From NCBI RefSeq assembly GCF_009914755.1, contig NC_060933.1: a stretch of DNA of 64,000 nucleotides; one strand, given 5' to 3'. This stretch comes from the human T2T-CHM13v2.0 reference genome, Homo sapiens. How positions within the stretch are numbered: position 1 is the stretch's first letter; the number at the start of each line of letters is the position of its first letter. The notes below the pieces were generated by a model. The model did no database searches, had not been told where the DNA came from, and was given only the letters and a program-made list of their open reading frames with translations. Below, one piece after another: positions 1 to 19,000 of this stretch. Both the position numbers and the translations under genes were made by a program.

Positions 1-1523
1 GAGCAGGTCCAGCATGGGGAGGTGGGGGAAAGAGGGGGGTGCCGACCCCACCCACCCTACAGTCCAGGGACCAGCAGAGGCAGAGTCGGGGCAGGGACTC
101 CATTCTCCCAGGTCTCAGAGTTGTCCCAAGCACCACCATCTCCATCATGTGCCTGAGACAGCAGGGAGAGCTTGGGGTCCAGAAAGGTGGTGACACTCTC
201 CTAGGGCCACACAGCACATCCAACAGAGCTGGGTTGGCATAGACCAGTGCCTCGCTCAGGGCCTTTCTACTTTCTACTTGCCCCCCACCTACTGTCACAA
301 TCGACACACAATAGCAGCAGCCACTTGTCAGCACCACCTCTGTGCCCAGCACGGCACTGCACGTGCACACTCATTATTTCACGCACTGTCCTCACTTCCC
401 AGAGAACACTGAGGCTCAGAGAGGTTAAGGGACTTCTCCAGGGACACACAGCTTGTAAATGACATGAACTCTCAACAGGGAACCAACGTTTGGGCAAAAC
501 CATCTCACCCTGGCCTCCGCAGCACCAGCCTGTGGGTGGCCTCCACGGGAAGGGCAGACACAGGGCTCCTGCTCAGGACCTGTAATCAGGTGGGAAGTTG
601 GGGGTGGGAGGGGTAATGACAGGCTCCATCAAGTAGCAGGAGGGGGACCAGCAGCCCATCCACGAGAAGAGCCTGAGCCAGCAGCCAGAATCTGGCAGGC
701 CAGGAAGGAGGAGGACAGCTGAGTGTCCCCCACCCAATCAATTCCTGTCCAGAAGAGGGACCATACCAGAGAAGGCAAGGGACGGATTCAGGGTCCCTCC
801 ATGAGCCATCCTTGGCAGAAGGGGTACAACAGCAGACCCCTGGGACCCCCCTTCTGGGCCTGAGAGAAACAGGGCCTATGGGATTCCCACCCCACCACTA
901 CCTGCCCCCTAGCACAAGCCCAACAGGGTGAGGCAGGCTCCCCAGCACCCAGGGGCCAGTCAAGTGGCCACCCAGCCTGTGCCTCTAGTCACTGCCCCCC
1001 AGCCAGGCCACTCCCGTCCTGTGCCCGCCGCAGCCACTGAAGTCCTGCCTACTCCATCCTGGCTGCCTCTGATCCTTCCCACACACAGGGGCCACAGGGG
1101 AGTTGCCCAACGTTTCCTGGCTCAGAAACCTTCCAGTGGTACAGCTCCTACTGCCTCTGGGATGGAACTGAGCTCCTTACCATGCCCGCAGGCCCAAGTC
1201 ATCTGGGGTCTCGCAGAGGCTGCTCCCCATGTCCGGAATACAGTCTTCCGCCAAGCTCACTCCTCAGCCCACCACCATGCGTCTTTCAACTGGAAAGCCC
1301 CAGGCTGGGTGGGAGCCCTCCACCTATTCCCGCAGCCCACCGCTGGCCTCCTGGTGGGTAAAGGTCTGTTCCTCATGTGGCTCCCACAGGCAGCACCCCT
1401 GCTCCTGGGGCAGGGCCTGGCACGCAGTGGAAAAGGAAGGGAAGCCCACAGCAACAGGCCAGAAGTGCCAATCTCAGGCCAGACCCACCCCCAAAAGAGA
1501 GCCACGAAGCCACTGAGCAATAA

Positions 1524-2063
<540 letters not shown>

Positions 2064-3477
2064 TAAAGACAGCATCCCTCAGCACGCCAAGGCCCGACAA
2101 TGACAGCCGTGTGACCCTGCGTGAGCCAGCCCTCAGCTAGGGACTTCCAGTGCGAGATCATTCTCGACTCTCAAAATGGCCCAGGGAGAAAGGCTCTGTC
2201 TCCACACCAGGAACAAAAAGGCACAGAACAGTTAGGGAGCCCTCCTACCCCGAAGCTAATGGGTGTCACGCTGGCTGGGGACACCTCACGCCATCTGACA
2301 TAGACCCGGACAACAGCTGCAGGAAGTGGTACAGGAATCACCCCCGATCAAGACAGAGGCTGGAAGGTCCAGGGCCTTGTCCCAGGTCAGCCGGCTGTCA
2401 AGCAGGGAGCCAAAATCCAAGCTGGGGTGTGAGCCCAGGCTGGCTGAACCTAGACTCCACGGGCTGTGGAAACATCTGGAAGATGGTTGCATGAAGCACT
2501 TTGTAAAGGATCTCTCTGGGCTCTGATGGCCCCAAGAGACTATGGACTAACTTGTCACCACAGGCCTGGCACACTGAAGCCCACAAGCATGTTACACAGA
2601 ATCACATCCAAGATCCGCAACCTCAGCCCCGCTCTCCTTCCCATCCCCACACCCTGGGCGTCTCTCGCCTCCATTACACATTTCCTACCTCCACATCTTC
2701 ATCCATGTTGTGTCCTCTGGCTGGACCGCCCTTCCCTTCAATTCCACAGTTCACAATCTTAGCCAGACTTTCAAGGCCCTGCTCACCCATCCTCTCCTCC
2801 ATCACACTGTTCTTCAGTTCCCCACTTGCAGAAAATTATAATCATAATTGCAACATGAGCTAATGCATGTAACAGTTAGTTCTGTGCCAGGCACAGAGGC
2901 AGATCCCATATATGCTAAAAATTATAGTCAACATTGTTTCATTTAACCCTCACTGGGACGTACTGCCAAACCCACTTTATGGATAAGGGATCTGAGGCTC
3001 CTGAGAAGTTAAGTGACTTTCCCGATACTACACAGGGAAGAGCAAAACTGGGATGTGAAGGCAAGCCTGCTTCTGTTCGCTGCTCAAACTGTGCTGGAAG
3101 AGAGAAGAGCTAGAACCATTTGCTGACTCTCTGCTGGGACATTCCTTGCTCGACTGGCAGCTTCCCAGGTTGGAATGGTATCTTGTTCACTTCCGTATCC
3201 CTGGTACCTAACATGGCGCTGGCCTTGGGAGAGGAGGGTGGGTTTCTCACAGAGACGGGTATTTCTGGAGCCATGCTTAAAACAAGAAGCAAACCCTGAG
3301 CTCAGAACAGCCTCTCTGGGCCTCAGTTTCCTTATCTGTAAAATGGGTATAATGTCATAGTCCTCCACCACCACCTCACAAGGTTGCTGGGGCAGGGAGC
3401 ACTCAGGAGATGTTGGCTTTTGTTGCTAACACCAGGATAGGGCTGCATGAACCCTATAAGGGCACATGGCTGTTATT

Positions 3478-4340
<863 letters not shown>

Positions 4341-6109
4341 TAATGCCTCATCTGAGACGCTCCCCGGACTGAGACTGCTCTCCGCTGTCTCCCCAGCACC
4401 CAGCTCCCGCCAGGCCCAGGGGGGTGCTTGATAAACAAGTGCCGAACAAGTGTTAGGTCACCCAGCCTCAGGCGCCAAACAGGTCACCAGGGAGGCCATG
4501 GTGGGCAGGGACTCAGTCTGAGGGCACAGGCCGTCTGGGTCTCATCACAGAGGCAGGTCAGGCCCAACAGAGCCAGGAGTCAGCTGGGGTTTTTCACAAG
4601 GCTGCCTTGAAAACTCTTCTCGGTTGGCAAATATTTAACCAGGGCTGGGCCACAACAGGTCTGGTGGGGAAGGGTGAGCTTTGAGGCAGGAGGGCTGGGA
4701 GGAGAGGGCGGGGCTGAGGCGGGAGCCCAGAGAAATGCACCCAAAAAAACGGGTGACCCAAAACCCGCCCACTGGGGCTGCCCTTTCCTTTACACCTCGA
4801 GGCCGCCTGGTGGGAGGAAGTCCATTCCCATCTTGACACAAACAGAAGGAAACAAAAGCCCTCTCATCCCCTCCTGCCCCCCACCCCGCCTGCCTGGCAG
4901 CGGCCCCAGCCCACAGCCCACAGTGGCAGCTTGTTCTGGGAGCCCAGGATGAGGCATGCCTGCCGTCTGGGAACACAGATCCTCGCTGGGAGGGCAGCCC
5001 AGGGGGTGCCGAGGCCCCCAGCAGCGTCACCACCCAGAGCAGGACCCACACTCCAGGGGGTGGGCACCCAAGGCTGCCATCCTGCGGCCCCCTGGCCAAG
5101 GCCACGCCCAAGGAGGAGGCTGATCTATGACAGTGATTGTGTAGACACGACCCTCCTTTCCTCTCACATGGAGTCACCCATTCCTGTTGACTTTTTCTCC
5201 ACAATGTCTCTGGCCTTCATTCCTTTCTTGTCATCCTCACCACCCCCACAGGAGCCTGAGCCTTAGCCAGCCACCTGTCAAAACTGCCCAGGCCCCAGAG
5301 GAGCATCCCCACGCCTGTCCACAGGTGCTCCTCATACCCCTTCTCTCAGTCACGTCCAGGGCCGAGGCTGGACTGGGAACCCAGGGTGCTCTGCTGTGGC
5401 TCGTGCACATTGGCAGGTGCCCCCCACGGGCCTGGACACCTGCCCTGGGCCTGAGAACCCACCACCAATGTTCCCCTCAGCGTCCAGCCTGGTGTTGGAC
5501 CTTGAGATATGCAGGAAGAGCCTGTGGTCAAGCCCTTCCCCCAAGATGTCCGCAGTGTCAACCACTCAGCCCCGCCCCATCAGACAGGTCACAACCACTG
5601 GGGCAGGGCTGAGGACAGGACCCAGCCCAGATCCCATGTCCTCCATCAGCCAGCGCGGGCCAAGCCAAAATGGCAGATGTCAGGCGAGTCACCAAGTTCA
5701 GGCGAGGCTCTGAGGCTTCATCACGATGGCCAAGAAAGGGTTTATGTTGCTCTCACTCATTCATTCAGCAATCCTGGCCACTGGGTACTCAGGAGAGAGT
5801 ACCCTAATGAGGGAGGCAGATTGTCAACAAAAACTACAATTACTAGGAGCCCCAACTGGGAGAAGCACAGGAGGTCACAGGAGCCCAGGAAGGTGACTGA
5901 CCAAGCCTGCAGGGTCACGGAAGCCTCCCAGAGGGAGGTAGCAGCTGAGACACAAAGAGTCCCTGCTAGGGGAGGGAGGACACCGGGAAGGGAGTGTGTG
6001 CCAAGCAGAAGACCCGAGAAAGGCCAAGATTCGGACAGGCATGAAAGAGTTAATCCATTCCACAAAGATTTATCAGCACGTCCTAGGTCAAGAAGGACCC
6101 TTCAACAGT

Positions 6110-6960
<851 letters not shown>

Positions 6961-8305
6961 ATCAATGGCAGTGATGGAACCTCTCGAAGGAGCTCCATCT
7001 GTCCCAGTATTGGTGGCCAGGACATAAATGGTCAGGGTGCCCAGTGGCATCTCTCATCAGTGCTCATGGCAGTTCTCTGTCCCATGTTTCACGCCACGCA
7101 ATGGGAACCAGCAAAGGGTGACTGGAACAGCACCTCCCTGGTCCCTCAGCTGGTGGGTCATGAGATTAAAAGGTGACATGCTTGGGGTCCAATCTTTCTG
7201 GACCCTCATCTCTCAGGTTAATTCATCAGGAAGGAGAAGTGGAGCAAGAAACATCAATGAAGACTTCTGAAAGCCAACACCCAAACGTACCGCACCCCTG
7301 AGAACCTCGACCGACCACAGCCCCCCTGCTCTGTGACACTGGCATGGAGAACACTCTGGCCTTGCCGCCTCTCCCTTAGCTGCTGCATCCATCACCAGAG
7401 ATGCTGGTTGGGAAAATCAAGGGCCCTGAGTCCTCGTCCAGCTCTGCCGCCAACTCACGTGTGGCCCTGGGCAAGTTCTGGTCTCTCCAAGACTCTGCTT
7501 CCTGTAGGCAGCCTTAGGGGGTGGAGAAGTCCAAAGACCAACAGTGCTTTGTTGTCACCAGTCCCTGAACTCCATGAGGGCTTTCCCGCTGTCTTGCATT
7601 TGTACTTCTCTTTTTTTCTCTCTTCTCTTATTGCATTGACTAAGACATCCAGATCGATGCTAATGAAAATACCTCTAGGGTTTCAACATTAAGCTTCAGA
7701 CTTGCTTGGTATGTGATGAATGAAGCTGTGACGGGCTAAGTACCACATAGGGGCTGCTCAGGGAAAGGAGGGAGGACTTGTTCCTCTCCCCAAACCTTAG
7801 AGTTGGACAGTTCCCTGGAAAACAGACGCTGGGGAAGTCCAGCCGTAGCCACGCCCTATTGCCAAGCAGAGCCCATTCTCAAGTCATCCACAGAAGACAC
7901 ACAAGATCCCAGCAAGGGCTTTCTAACGGCCTCAGATGCCCAGGATAAGGGACCCTGGCGGGTAGGGAAGGCCTCATCACTGGAGGTGTGTAAGCAGAGG
8001 CTGGAGGGTCAAAGAGCACCCACCTCCAAGAGTTGGTGTGAGGACTAAATAAGATGTGTGAGATGCACCTGTCACCCTGCCTGACTCCCAGGAAGAGCCC
8101 AATAAATGCCAGCTTCTGTTCCAATAAGAACTAACAGCTAATAAGTGCCAGTCACCATGGCCCAACCCCAATGGAAAAGGACTAAACTCGGATACACAAA
8201 CCCCACAGATCTCATCAGCCAAGCACCCTCTACTGCTAATATCCTTTCCCTAAGCCCAAGTCAGGTTCTTCCCAAGTTGCCTCGTGACCCCTGCTCACCC
8301 ACCAT

Positions 8306-8550
8306 TCACACACACGTGTATGCCCACACGCATGCACACTCACACTCACATGCATGCCACACACATGCACTCACATGTGCATGCACATGCACGCACACAC
8401 ACTCACATGCACGCCCACACGCATGCACTCACATGTGCAGGCACACACACGCACATTCACACATGTGCATGCCCACACACATGTACACTCACACACCGTG
8501 CATCCACTCACACACATACGCACACTTACACATGTGCACACACATGCATG
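8306..8550. repeat. Degenerate (CA)/(CATGCA) low-complexity repeat
   Basis: Alternating purine-pyrimidine tract rich in CACA and CATGCA. Confidence 0.92.
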
Positions 8551-8805
8551 CTGCTGCCTGCAGCTTCTGGCTTGCAGGGTCCTCTCAGTGAGTGGGACTG
8601 GGGAGGGGCGATTCTGCCTTCTCAAAGCCAGGGAGGGAAAGAAGGGGAAGAAGAGAACAAGAAAGATGAGCCAATATGAAAATCCACTCGTGTGCTTGCT
8701 GCTGGGCCAGAGGAAACCCAATCCCAGATTGGAATGCCAGGGACCCTTTACATGGATAGAAGGAAAGTTTATTCAAATAACAAGACTCCCTTGGTCTGTA
8801 CTCTA

Positions 8806-8870
8806 AGCTCAGCGAGCAGCAGGTGCAGGGCTTGCCCCACCCTCAGGTCACCAGCTGCAGGTGTCCTCAG
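8806..8870 (+). repeat. 65-bp local duplication, copy 1
   Basis: 64/65 identical to 10941-11005. Confidence 0.92.
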
Positions 8871-10108
8871 GCTCCAGAGGGGGCCAGAAGGGGAGGTGGG
8901 AGAACGGCTCCCCTCCCAGCCCCGCCAGCCTCCCACTCTCTGTCCCAGGTGCCTGCGTGACCCCATTTGTGCGCCCTGAGAGACCCTGCGCAGCCAACAG
9001 CCTCTGTGGTCTTGGTCTGCTTCCCCGGGGGAGTCCCTTGAGGGTGAGTGGGGACCGCCTCAGTGTCTCCCCATCACTGGCCAGTGAAATGGGGTGGTGA
9101 TACAGGGCTAAGAGCACTGGGCCCCAAATCCATGTACCTGACTGCTGCTGAGTGACCCTGGACAAGCCCCCCACCCTTCCTGGCTCCCTGTCTCCTCCCC
9201 GTACCGTGAAGGGACTGGACACCATGGTGCTGGACCCTCAACGCCCTGATGCCCTCCACCTGGGACATGAGACAACGCTCCTTCCTGACACATTGGGAAG
9301 CCCAGAGGAGCCCACCATTAAGCCTTGATAGAACTGACCTGAGTCCTAACTGCCAGCCTAGGGTGCTGAAAAGCACTGTCCCTGACTGTTGCCAGCTCGC
9401 TCACACAGGTCAGACCCCTGTTAGTCATTAGCACAACTTTGCTTTAATAATTCATTGTTCCATCTCCATTTGCCCTAGGAGGGCAGGGACCCTGTCTGTC
9501 TCACTCATAACATATGCCCAGCATCTAGCACAGCACTTTGCACAGAAATATTTATCCCCTGACTATGTGACATTAGACCAGAGCTCTGCAGTTCAGTCTC
9601 CCAGTCATGTTAAGACACCAGAGGAGGATGGCATATTCCCAGAAAGGTTAACTCCAGCTTGGGGACAGACACTTCCCAGCCCCCAAGGTCCATATAAACC
9701 AGGGCCTCTCCAATCCCAGTATGGCCCAAGAGGCAGGACCCTTCCTGCAAATATAGGGCTGGGTTTGGGGCTGGGCCAGGCCAAGGTCACATATCAGCAG
9801 CAGAAAAGGTCACTACCTCCTCATGGAAACTAAGGCGGTCACCTAAGCTCAGATCCTCCGCGTCCTCTTCCTGCTTGGATCCTGTCAAGTGATCCAGCAC
9901 CTGCAAAGAGCCGGGAAACCAGAGCTGGCGGATCCTGCACTTCAACCCCCTGTCCCGTGTGCTGGGCCGGTGAAAGGCCTGGGTCCGCCAGCCACTTCCC
10001 TGGGGCACGCACGTCACTCTGCTTCTGTGTTCCCATTAAGAAAAGGGAAGCCAGTGATCCCCACCGCACAAAGGGACAGATGGAACGGCACTTTGAAAAA
10101 AAACTACC

Positions 10109-10752
<644 letters not shown>

Positions 10753-10940
10753 ACTACCACAGTGTCATGCACATGGGAGCTGCTGCCAGGCTGGCAAGAA
10801 CCACAGCACCGATCTCTGGGAAGTTTTGGTTCCCTCAATGCCCATGCTCTGTCTACTCTGGGCCTCTGCAGACCTGCCCTCTGCCTGAAACTCTCTCCTC
10901 CTGTATCCTTTGTGGCTCACCTGAGAGGTCCCCTCCCATG

Positions 10941-11005
10941 AGCTCAGCCAGCAGCAGGTGCAGGGCTTGCCCCACCCTCAGGTCACCAGCTGCAGGTGTC
11001 CTCAG
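10941..11005 (+). repeat. 65-bp local duplication, copy 2
   Basis: 64/65 identical to 8806-8870. Confidence 0.92.
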
Positions 11006-11292
11006 CTGGGCCTCCCATGACTCTCCAGGTCTGGGTTATGGCTGCTCCCTGGCTCCCAAAGATGCCCTAAACCCCCACCTCTGCTGGCGTGCCATGCTGG
11101 GCCTGTCTTCCCCAGACAGGGGTCCCCAAGAGGTTGAGGACCATGGCCGCCTCCCCACCCAGCACCCCCAGTCCCAGCACACAGCCTGACACTGAGCAGA
11201 GATGGCTCTCAAACCATGCGGAATCAATGGCTCAATCCCATTAATTGATTTAAGCTTTCCAACACAGCACTGTTTACAACAACAAAAAATAG

Positions 11293-11995
<703 letters not shown>

Positions 11996-12792
11996 AATGG
12001 AATATTCTGTATCCATTCACAAGGAGGAGGCCCACTACTCACTATTAAGGTAGAAGAACAAATTATGTATCAGGAAGGTGCCTGAAAGTCTTTTCTGGGT
12101 GGTAGGATTATCGGTGATTTTCATTTTCTTCCTATTACTTATCTGTTATTTTCTAATTTTCTTTGACCACTAGCTATTGCTTATGTAACAATAATAATAA
12201 AAGGTGAAAAACAATAAAGGGGGAAGACTGGGGAAGCTCAAAGTTGAAAGGCCAAACCTCCAGAGCTGTGAGAACCTGACCTTTGGCAGATGCTGCCAGG
12301 TGGGAGCCACAGTGGGTCTGAGGGGGAGGCCAGAGCTCACCGCCAAGCAACCTGATATAATACCATCCTGGCCATCAAGTTCAGGCTGCTGAGGCTCCTC
12401 CAGGAGGGAAGGAGTTCCCTGGCTGGGGACTGAACCCCGAGGACGGAAACTCTTCCTGAGTATTTGCTGTGTGCCAGGTACCAGGGGTGGCCCTGGCATG
12501 AAGCTCACAACAACCCTCTTGAAGGTAGCTGCAACCATCCCTGTGCTACAGATGGGTAAGGGAAAGCAGAGAGCTGAGGTCATCATGGAGACAGGCGGAA
12601 GGGAAGCCCTAAACACAGCAGAATGGGGTCTTCGTGCTCAGCCTCGTGCAGCGCATGCTTCTGGCCACCCAAGTTCTATGCCAGGTACCAGCATCCTGTG
12701 CATATTACCCTGGGGACCTGGAGCTCTGTCTGGCCTGGAGCCCTATCTTGCTCAGTTGCCCAGGCTGGAGAGCCGTAGCATGATCCAGCTAA

Positions 12793-12924
<132 letters not shown>

Positions 12925-13475
12925 TGATGGGTCATAGGCTTTCCCAGTTGGATGGTACCCAACCACTCCTCACCACCCCAATGCCCCCACCCACGCCCGG
13001 CCTTCAGCACTCATCACGGAGAGAGACTCTTTATTTGTGGAATCCATCTGCCATCTCTGGGCTAAACTACCACAGTCCTATCTGCTCACAGCCACTGGGG
13101 GCTCAGAGGCTGGGCACACAGACAGAGCCTACCTAACACAAATTTGTTGCTCTCCTTGCCCTCATCACAGAAACTGAGTCCTCATTCTAAAGTCCAGCTA
13201 ACAAGTGTTCATGGGAAGGACTCTCCATTCCCCAACCCCTTTGCCTGGCACTCAAGGCTGTGCTCAGCTCCCTGCCTTGGATAAGCAAGGGTCTATGCCA
13301 GGCCATGCCCTCCACTCACCCTTACCCCAAGTCTGCTGGTTAAAAATCCCTCCTGTCCTCCAAGATTGAGCTCAAACACCCCTCTTCCAGAATTTTCTCT
13401 TCCCTCTTCCCCGCTCCGGAGCCTGCCCTGTGCTTGCAACCCCCTTGGGGCTCCAGTCGGGCCAGAATGGCTTAG

Positions 13476-13913
<438 letters not shown>

Positions 13914-15458
13914 TGATTTAATCCACTCACTGTAAAAAAACAAAAAACAAAAAACAAAAATCAGGAGAGAATAAAAAAATTAAAATAATCCATTATCCCA
14001 CCACTCCAAAATAACCTCTATTTATATTTTGGTGAATTTCTTTCCTTATTTTGTTCTATGCCTATACAAACATACACACTTTCAGACATACAAAACTGAA
14101 TCATCACTTTTAATGGCTTCATATTATGCCATTGAACAATGCCTGTTAATACATTGTTTCCATTCCATCCCCCATGCTGTAATGTAACCATTTTGTTACC
14201 TAACGCGGTACATTCTAGATGTGAAATGTTGGGGTGGGTTTCTCCCAGGGCTTTGGGCCACCTTTCTGCTGTCCTGTGTATTGGTGGAGGGAGTGGGAAG
14301 GGGGACGACCACCCTTACCAGCCCCCATTTCCTGCCTAGCCTTTAGAAGATCCCAATACTTTAGTCACAGTGGTTTCTGTCTAGGGACACACAAAGGAGG
14401 GATTTAAAGACAACAAACCCAGCTCTCGCTGCAGTTCCACAGTCCCCAGGCTAAAACCCCGAAGCCAGCCCGCCCACCCAGAACCATGGGGGGCCAGCGG
14501 CGGACCCTGGGCCTCCTGAACAGCATTCCCTAGTGGGGAGCGGCAGCTCACGTCTGTAATCCCAGCACTTTGGGAGGCCAAGGCAGGAGGGTCACGTGAA
14601 CAGCACACCTCTAAGATGGGTGACGAGATCCTGAGGCCCCAGGTGGGCACAGGACTTGCCCCAGAGCTGAGCCTGCTCCCTTTCCCACTCAGTGGGCTGT
14701 GTTTCCTCCTCTGTGACAGGAGAGCAAACCACAGGCACTGCTGGGGAGATCCCAGGACACGTGAGCTCCCAGGGAAGAGTGGCCATTTCTTTATAGCAAT
14801 TCGCCCTCCGGTAATGATTTTAATTAATGACTGAGTGGTAGTTGTTCTGTGTGTCTCCTGACCAGACAGGAGCTCTACAGGGGCAGGGCCCAGGTGAGCT
14901 TGACTGGGCTGTTTCAGCCACACCAGCTCAGATCCAAGCCCTGGGTGGGCCCTCAGTGGGTGCCCACCCCAAGCCTGACACACATGGGGTCAGTGGGGCC
15001 ACCAGGACCAGGGCCCAGGTGTCCACCCCACCCTACCCGCACCCCTCCATCCCTGCCTGTCATGCTCAGAAGCTGCAGAAGGGCCAGGAATAGACAGGAA
15101 CCCAGAGAGAGAGCCGCCCTTCCAAGAAAGACTCTACCCGCCTCACCCTCGGGGCTCAAGGACAAGAATGAAGGGCTCAAAGCCAGTGAGTCACGCTTCG
15201 AGGAATACAGGCAGGAGGAAGGAAGTTGTGGATGGCCACATGGCTTCGTGCCTGCGGGTCTGAGACACGGAGGGGCCCAAACCACTCCTTCCACAAGGGC
15301 AGGGGGTACGTCACCACCCCAAGCCCCTCCCACATCTGCCCTGCCCCTCTGTAACCAACCCCCACCAACCACACACACACACATTCTGCACCTACCAGGA
15401 CCTTCATCCAGAGAGCTTTGGGATCCCCATGCTCCCAGGATGTAGGACCTTGCAATGG

Positions 15459-15495
15459 CATTCATTCATTCATTCATTCATTCATTCATTCATTC
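15459..15495. repeat. (TTCA)n microsatellite
   Basis: About 9 tandem TTCA/CATT units. Confidence 0.95.
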
Positions 15496-15794
15496 CTGCT
15501 AGGGAACTAAAACAATTTGCACTAATAAATGTTCATTACAGTTATTGACTCCTCAGCATTTCTTGTGCTTTACACACATAATTTAATAACCTTTACAATC
15601 CAGTGGAGTAGAAGCATCATCATGCCCATTTTACAGCCAATGAAACTAAGGCATAAAGCCTGACCTAGGGTACTTGTTCAGCTGCTGGTGGAGCAAGTCT
15701 GAGCTGTGAGGCCACCTGTCCACCTCAGGGGAGCCCATGGTGAGTTAGCCCGCAGGTACTCATATCACAGATGGGAATTAGAATCACAACCACG

Positions 15795-16093
<299 letters not shown>

Positions 16094-19000
16094 TCACAAC
16101 CATGTGAGAAGGGCTACAGGTACACACGGGTGGCCAAGGGGCTGTGGGAGCTCAGAGGAAGAGCCTGATCCAGCCTACCAGGAGTGGGGCTACTGGCTGC
16201 AGGGCTTGGTCTGTGAGGGCATTTCAGGGTCTGGGCTTGACCTCGAGGGCACAGGACAGCCTGGAAGGGTCAGTCTGAAGGAGGGTGACACATGGTTAGT
16301 AGCAAGGTCACTCTACTACCAGAGGCTCTTATCCAACCCCTCCATTGAACCATGGGGGAAACTGAGGCTTGGAGGAGAGGCAGGAGTTCACCCAAGGCCA
16401 CAGAGGTCTGAAGCAGGACCGGCCTCCCATCTACAGAGCTGGACTCCCAGAAGCCACACAGGGGACTGCAGGAAGAGGGGAGGGAGGGCGGGGGCTCAGC
16501 CCCAATTGCACAGGAAGTCTGCCAGGCTCCACCCGGGGGCCTCCAGGCAGGGCAAGCTGCCCAGCCCCCAGCCTGCAGGGCAGGCACCAGAAACAGCTCC
16601 TCTCGGATTCTGCCACAATCTCAGCAGGAAGACAGGAAAGCTGAGCTGGGCAGCCTGCTAAAGTCAGGCCAGGATTGGAGGTTTGGCCTCCCAGGACCAG
16701 GCCGGCTCTCAGGTCACTGAGAAAGTCACTCCTCTGCTCCAAGAGGGGCCCCTGCCTCTGGCCAGAGAGAAATGAAGAGTTTCTGAGATCCCAGTTGGCC
16801 TCGGGTCAGGGTGAGTGAAAGGGCTCAGTGTATTCAACCAGTTGGCTCAAATCTTTCCCCATCCTGCCACCCTCCTTGAGAGATGGGGTGACCTCCACTC
16901 TAGAGATGGGGAACTGAGGCCCAGAGGAGAGACGCCCCTTGACCAAGGTCACACAGTGAGCTGTGACTGTCCCAAGCTGGGCCAGGAGGGCTGACCCCAG
17001 GAGAGTCCTAGGGGGTCAGCCCCTACCTCCTTGGAAGAAAGGGCTGCCCCTTCCCCCTCCTCTTTTCCTGGCAGCCTGAAATATAGGAGTGGGGGTGGGA
17101 GGGGAGTGTGGCTTTGGCTTTTTAAGTCCAACACAGCCCCTCACTGTCTGCGCATAGACGGGCCTGGGCTGTCTCCTCGGACACAGGCCCATCTGTGAGG
17201 CCCGCACAGGGCTTGCTTCTCTCCCAGAGAGCTTGTTTGTTTACCCAGTTTTCATAATTATAAGTTCTGCAGCCCCACCCGGCCCAATCATTCCTTCCCT
17301 CACCATCCCTTGCCGTCTGGGGCCCTGCACGGGTGCGGGGGGTGGGAGTACGAAGTCGGAGAGGGAAAAGCTTCATGCTGGGGTCAAGGCCCTGGGTTCC
17401 AGCCAAGCTCTGGTGCCCCTGAGAGCATAGGCATGTCCCATCATCTTCCTGGGCCTCAGTTTACTGGGGCATGAGAAAAAGGAGGGGATTGGTTAGAGGA
17501 GCTCATGGGGTCCTCCAGAACTAGGACGAGGAAGGGTCTGGGCCTGAAAAAGAAAAGCAGACACTTCTCATCAGCACCTCAAAAATCAAGGCAGGGCTAG
17601 GGGAGGTGTGGTAGGGTGAGAGGCACACACCTTCCCCAGCCCATCAGGCCTGCCCACCCCAAAGCTCAAACTCAGCTCTCTTTTCTACCCTTCGCCTCCC
17701 AGAGAATACTGCTCTCAAAAAAAGCAAAAACAAAAAGCAAAACAGAAGTGCAATTGTCAGCTCCCTCCTCCTCTAGATGCCTGAATCACCCCTTAAATCT
17801 CTGACAGGCCGGGCAAAGGACACACAGCTTCCCTAAGAATTCAGCTAAAACGCAATTGCCATTTACTGAGCACCCTGCACAGGCCAGGAACTGCGCAGTG
17901 CACCTCCCAGAACCTTCACCCAGCCCAAAGGCAGGGAGCACCAATCCCATCTTAGCGACAACTGGACCTCCAAGGAGGAGAGCTGTGTGCCGAAGGCCAC
18001 ACAGCTTTCAGTGACAGAAGCATACTGCCACCAGGTCAAAGCCAGACACGCTGCCTCTTGAGATGGGCCGACTGAGTGCTGAAACCAACATACACTCTGG
18101 GAAACAAAGATCCACGGGCTTTGTAACATGAGCCACAGCACATCCAGCTTGATGGAACCTTCTTGGCTGGCATGAGTTCCATGAGATCAGGGCTCATGTC
18201 ACTGCTTTGTCCCCAGTTCCCAGCTCAGGCCAGGAACAGGACAGCTTTCAGAGCAAGCTCTTCCTTCAACGGCAAGATGGCCTCCTGCAATGTGGAGGTG
18301 CTGCACCTGCTCTGTGCCTTCAGTGCAGCCTAAGGCCCACAGGTTCCTAAGGGGTCACAGCTGGAAGTGCATGCCCGTTGCACAGATAGGCAAAGTGAGG
18401 AGGAGGCACAGAGAAAAGGAAGGGCTTGTCAGAGGCCTCCAGGCACCCATCCTGGGGAGCCTGCCTCCTAGCCCGCACCCACCAGTGGTTCCTGGCAGGT
18501 GGAATAAATCAGAGGTGACTGGAGCACGAGTGGGTGGGCAGCTTCTTCCCAAGGGACTCCTCTTCTAGAAGGTGCTAAGCTTCACAAATTCGGCTGGACA
18601 CAAATAGTTCTGCTCAGCATGGGGCATGGGAAAGATGGACAGCAGCTGCAGTTGGCTTGGCCACAGATGGGCAGGTGGGAAAGTGGGGTCTGCACTTTGC
18701 AAACCACAGTTCATTCTTCCTCCCCTCCTGGATGCCCAGTTACTCCCTGGGCCCCCACCCCTGCACGTGGACCCTCTACCCAGCACCCTGACCCACACCC
18801 GGCACTTCTGATCTGCAAGAGGAGGGCCTCCCTTGGCCAATGTCCTATGTGAACCACATAGAACGGTAACAGTGGATGAACCAGGAGCCGATGCTCCCTA
18901 AGCACAAAGAGCTAAGGCCACATCATCTCACCGACCCTGCACAACAGCCTCAGGGGCCTGGGATACTGCTGTGTCCACTTTACAGATGAGGAATTTGAGG

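Noticed and set aside
7700-7820. GTGATGA C-box-like motif suggesting a snoRNA
   Set aside because: On the strand opposite the host gene, with no suitably placed D box or terminal stem.
8145-8806. His/Thr/Cys-rich ORFs (also at 45099-45362)
   Set aside because: Translations of CA/GT dinucleotide-like repeats.
14319-14328. Minus-strand ATG GGG GCT G|GTAAGG (MGA, phase 1) as another first exon
   Set aside because: Only 3 codons, and similar ATG + phase-1 donor pairs occur at 1202-1181 and ~29322-29316 (inside an L2 remnant), showing the pattern arises by chance. Cheap to include in a junction search.
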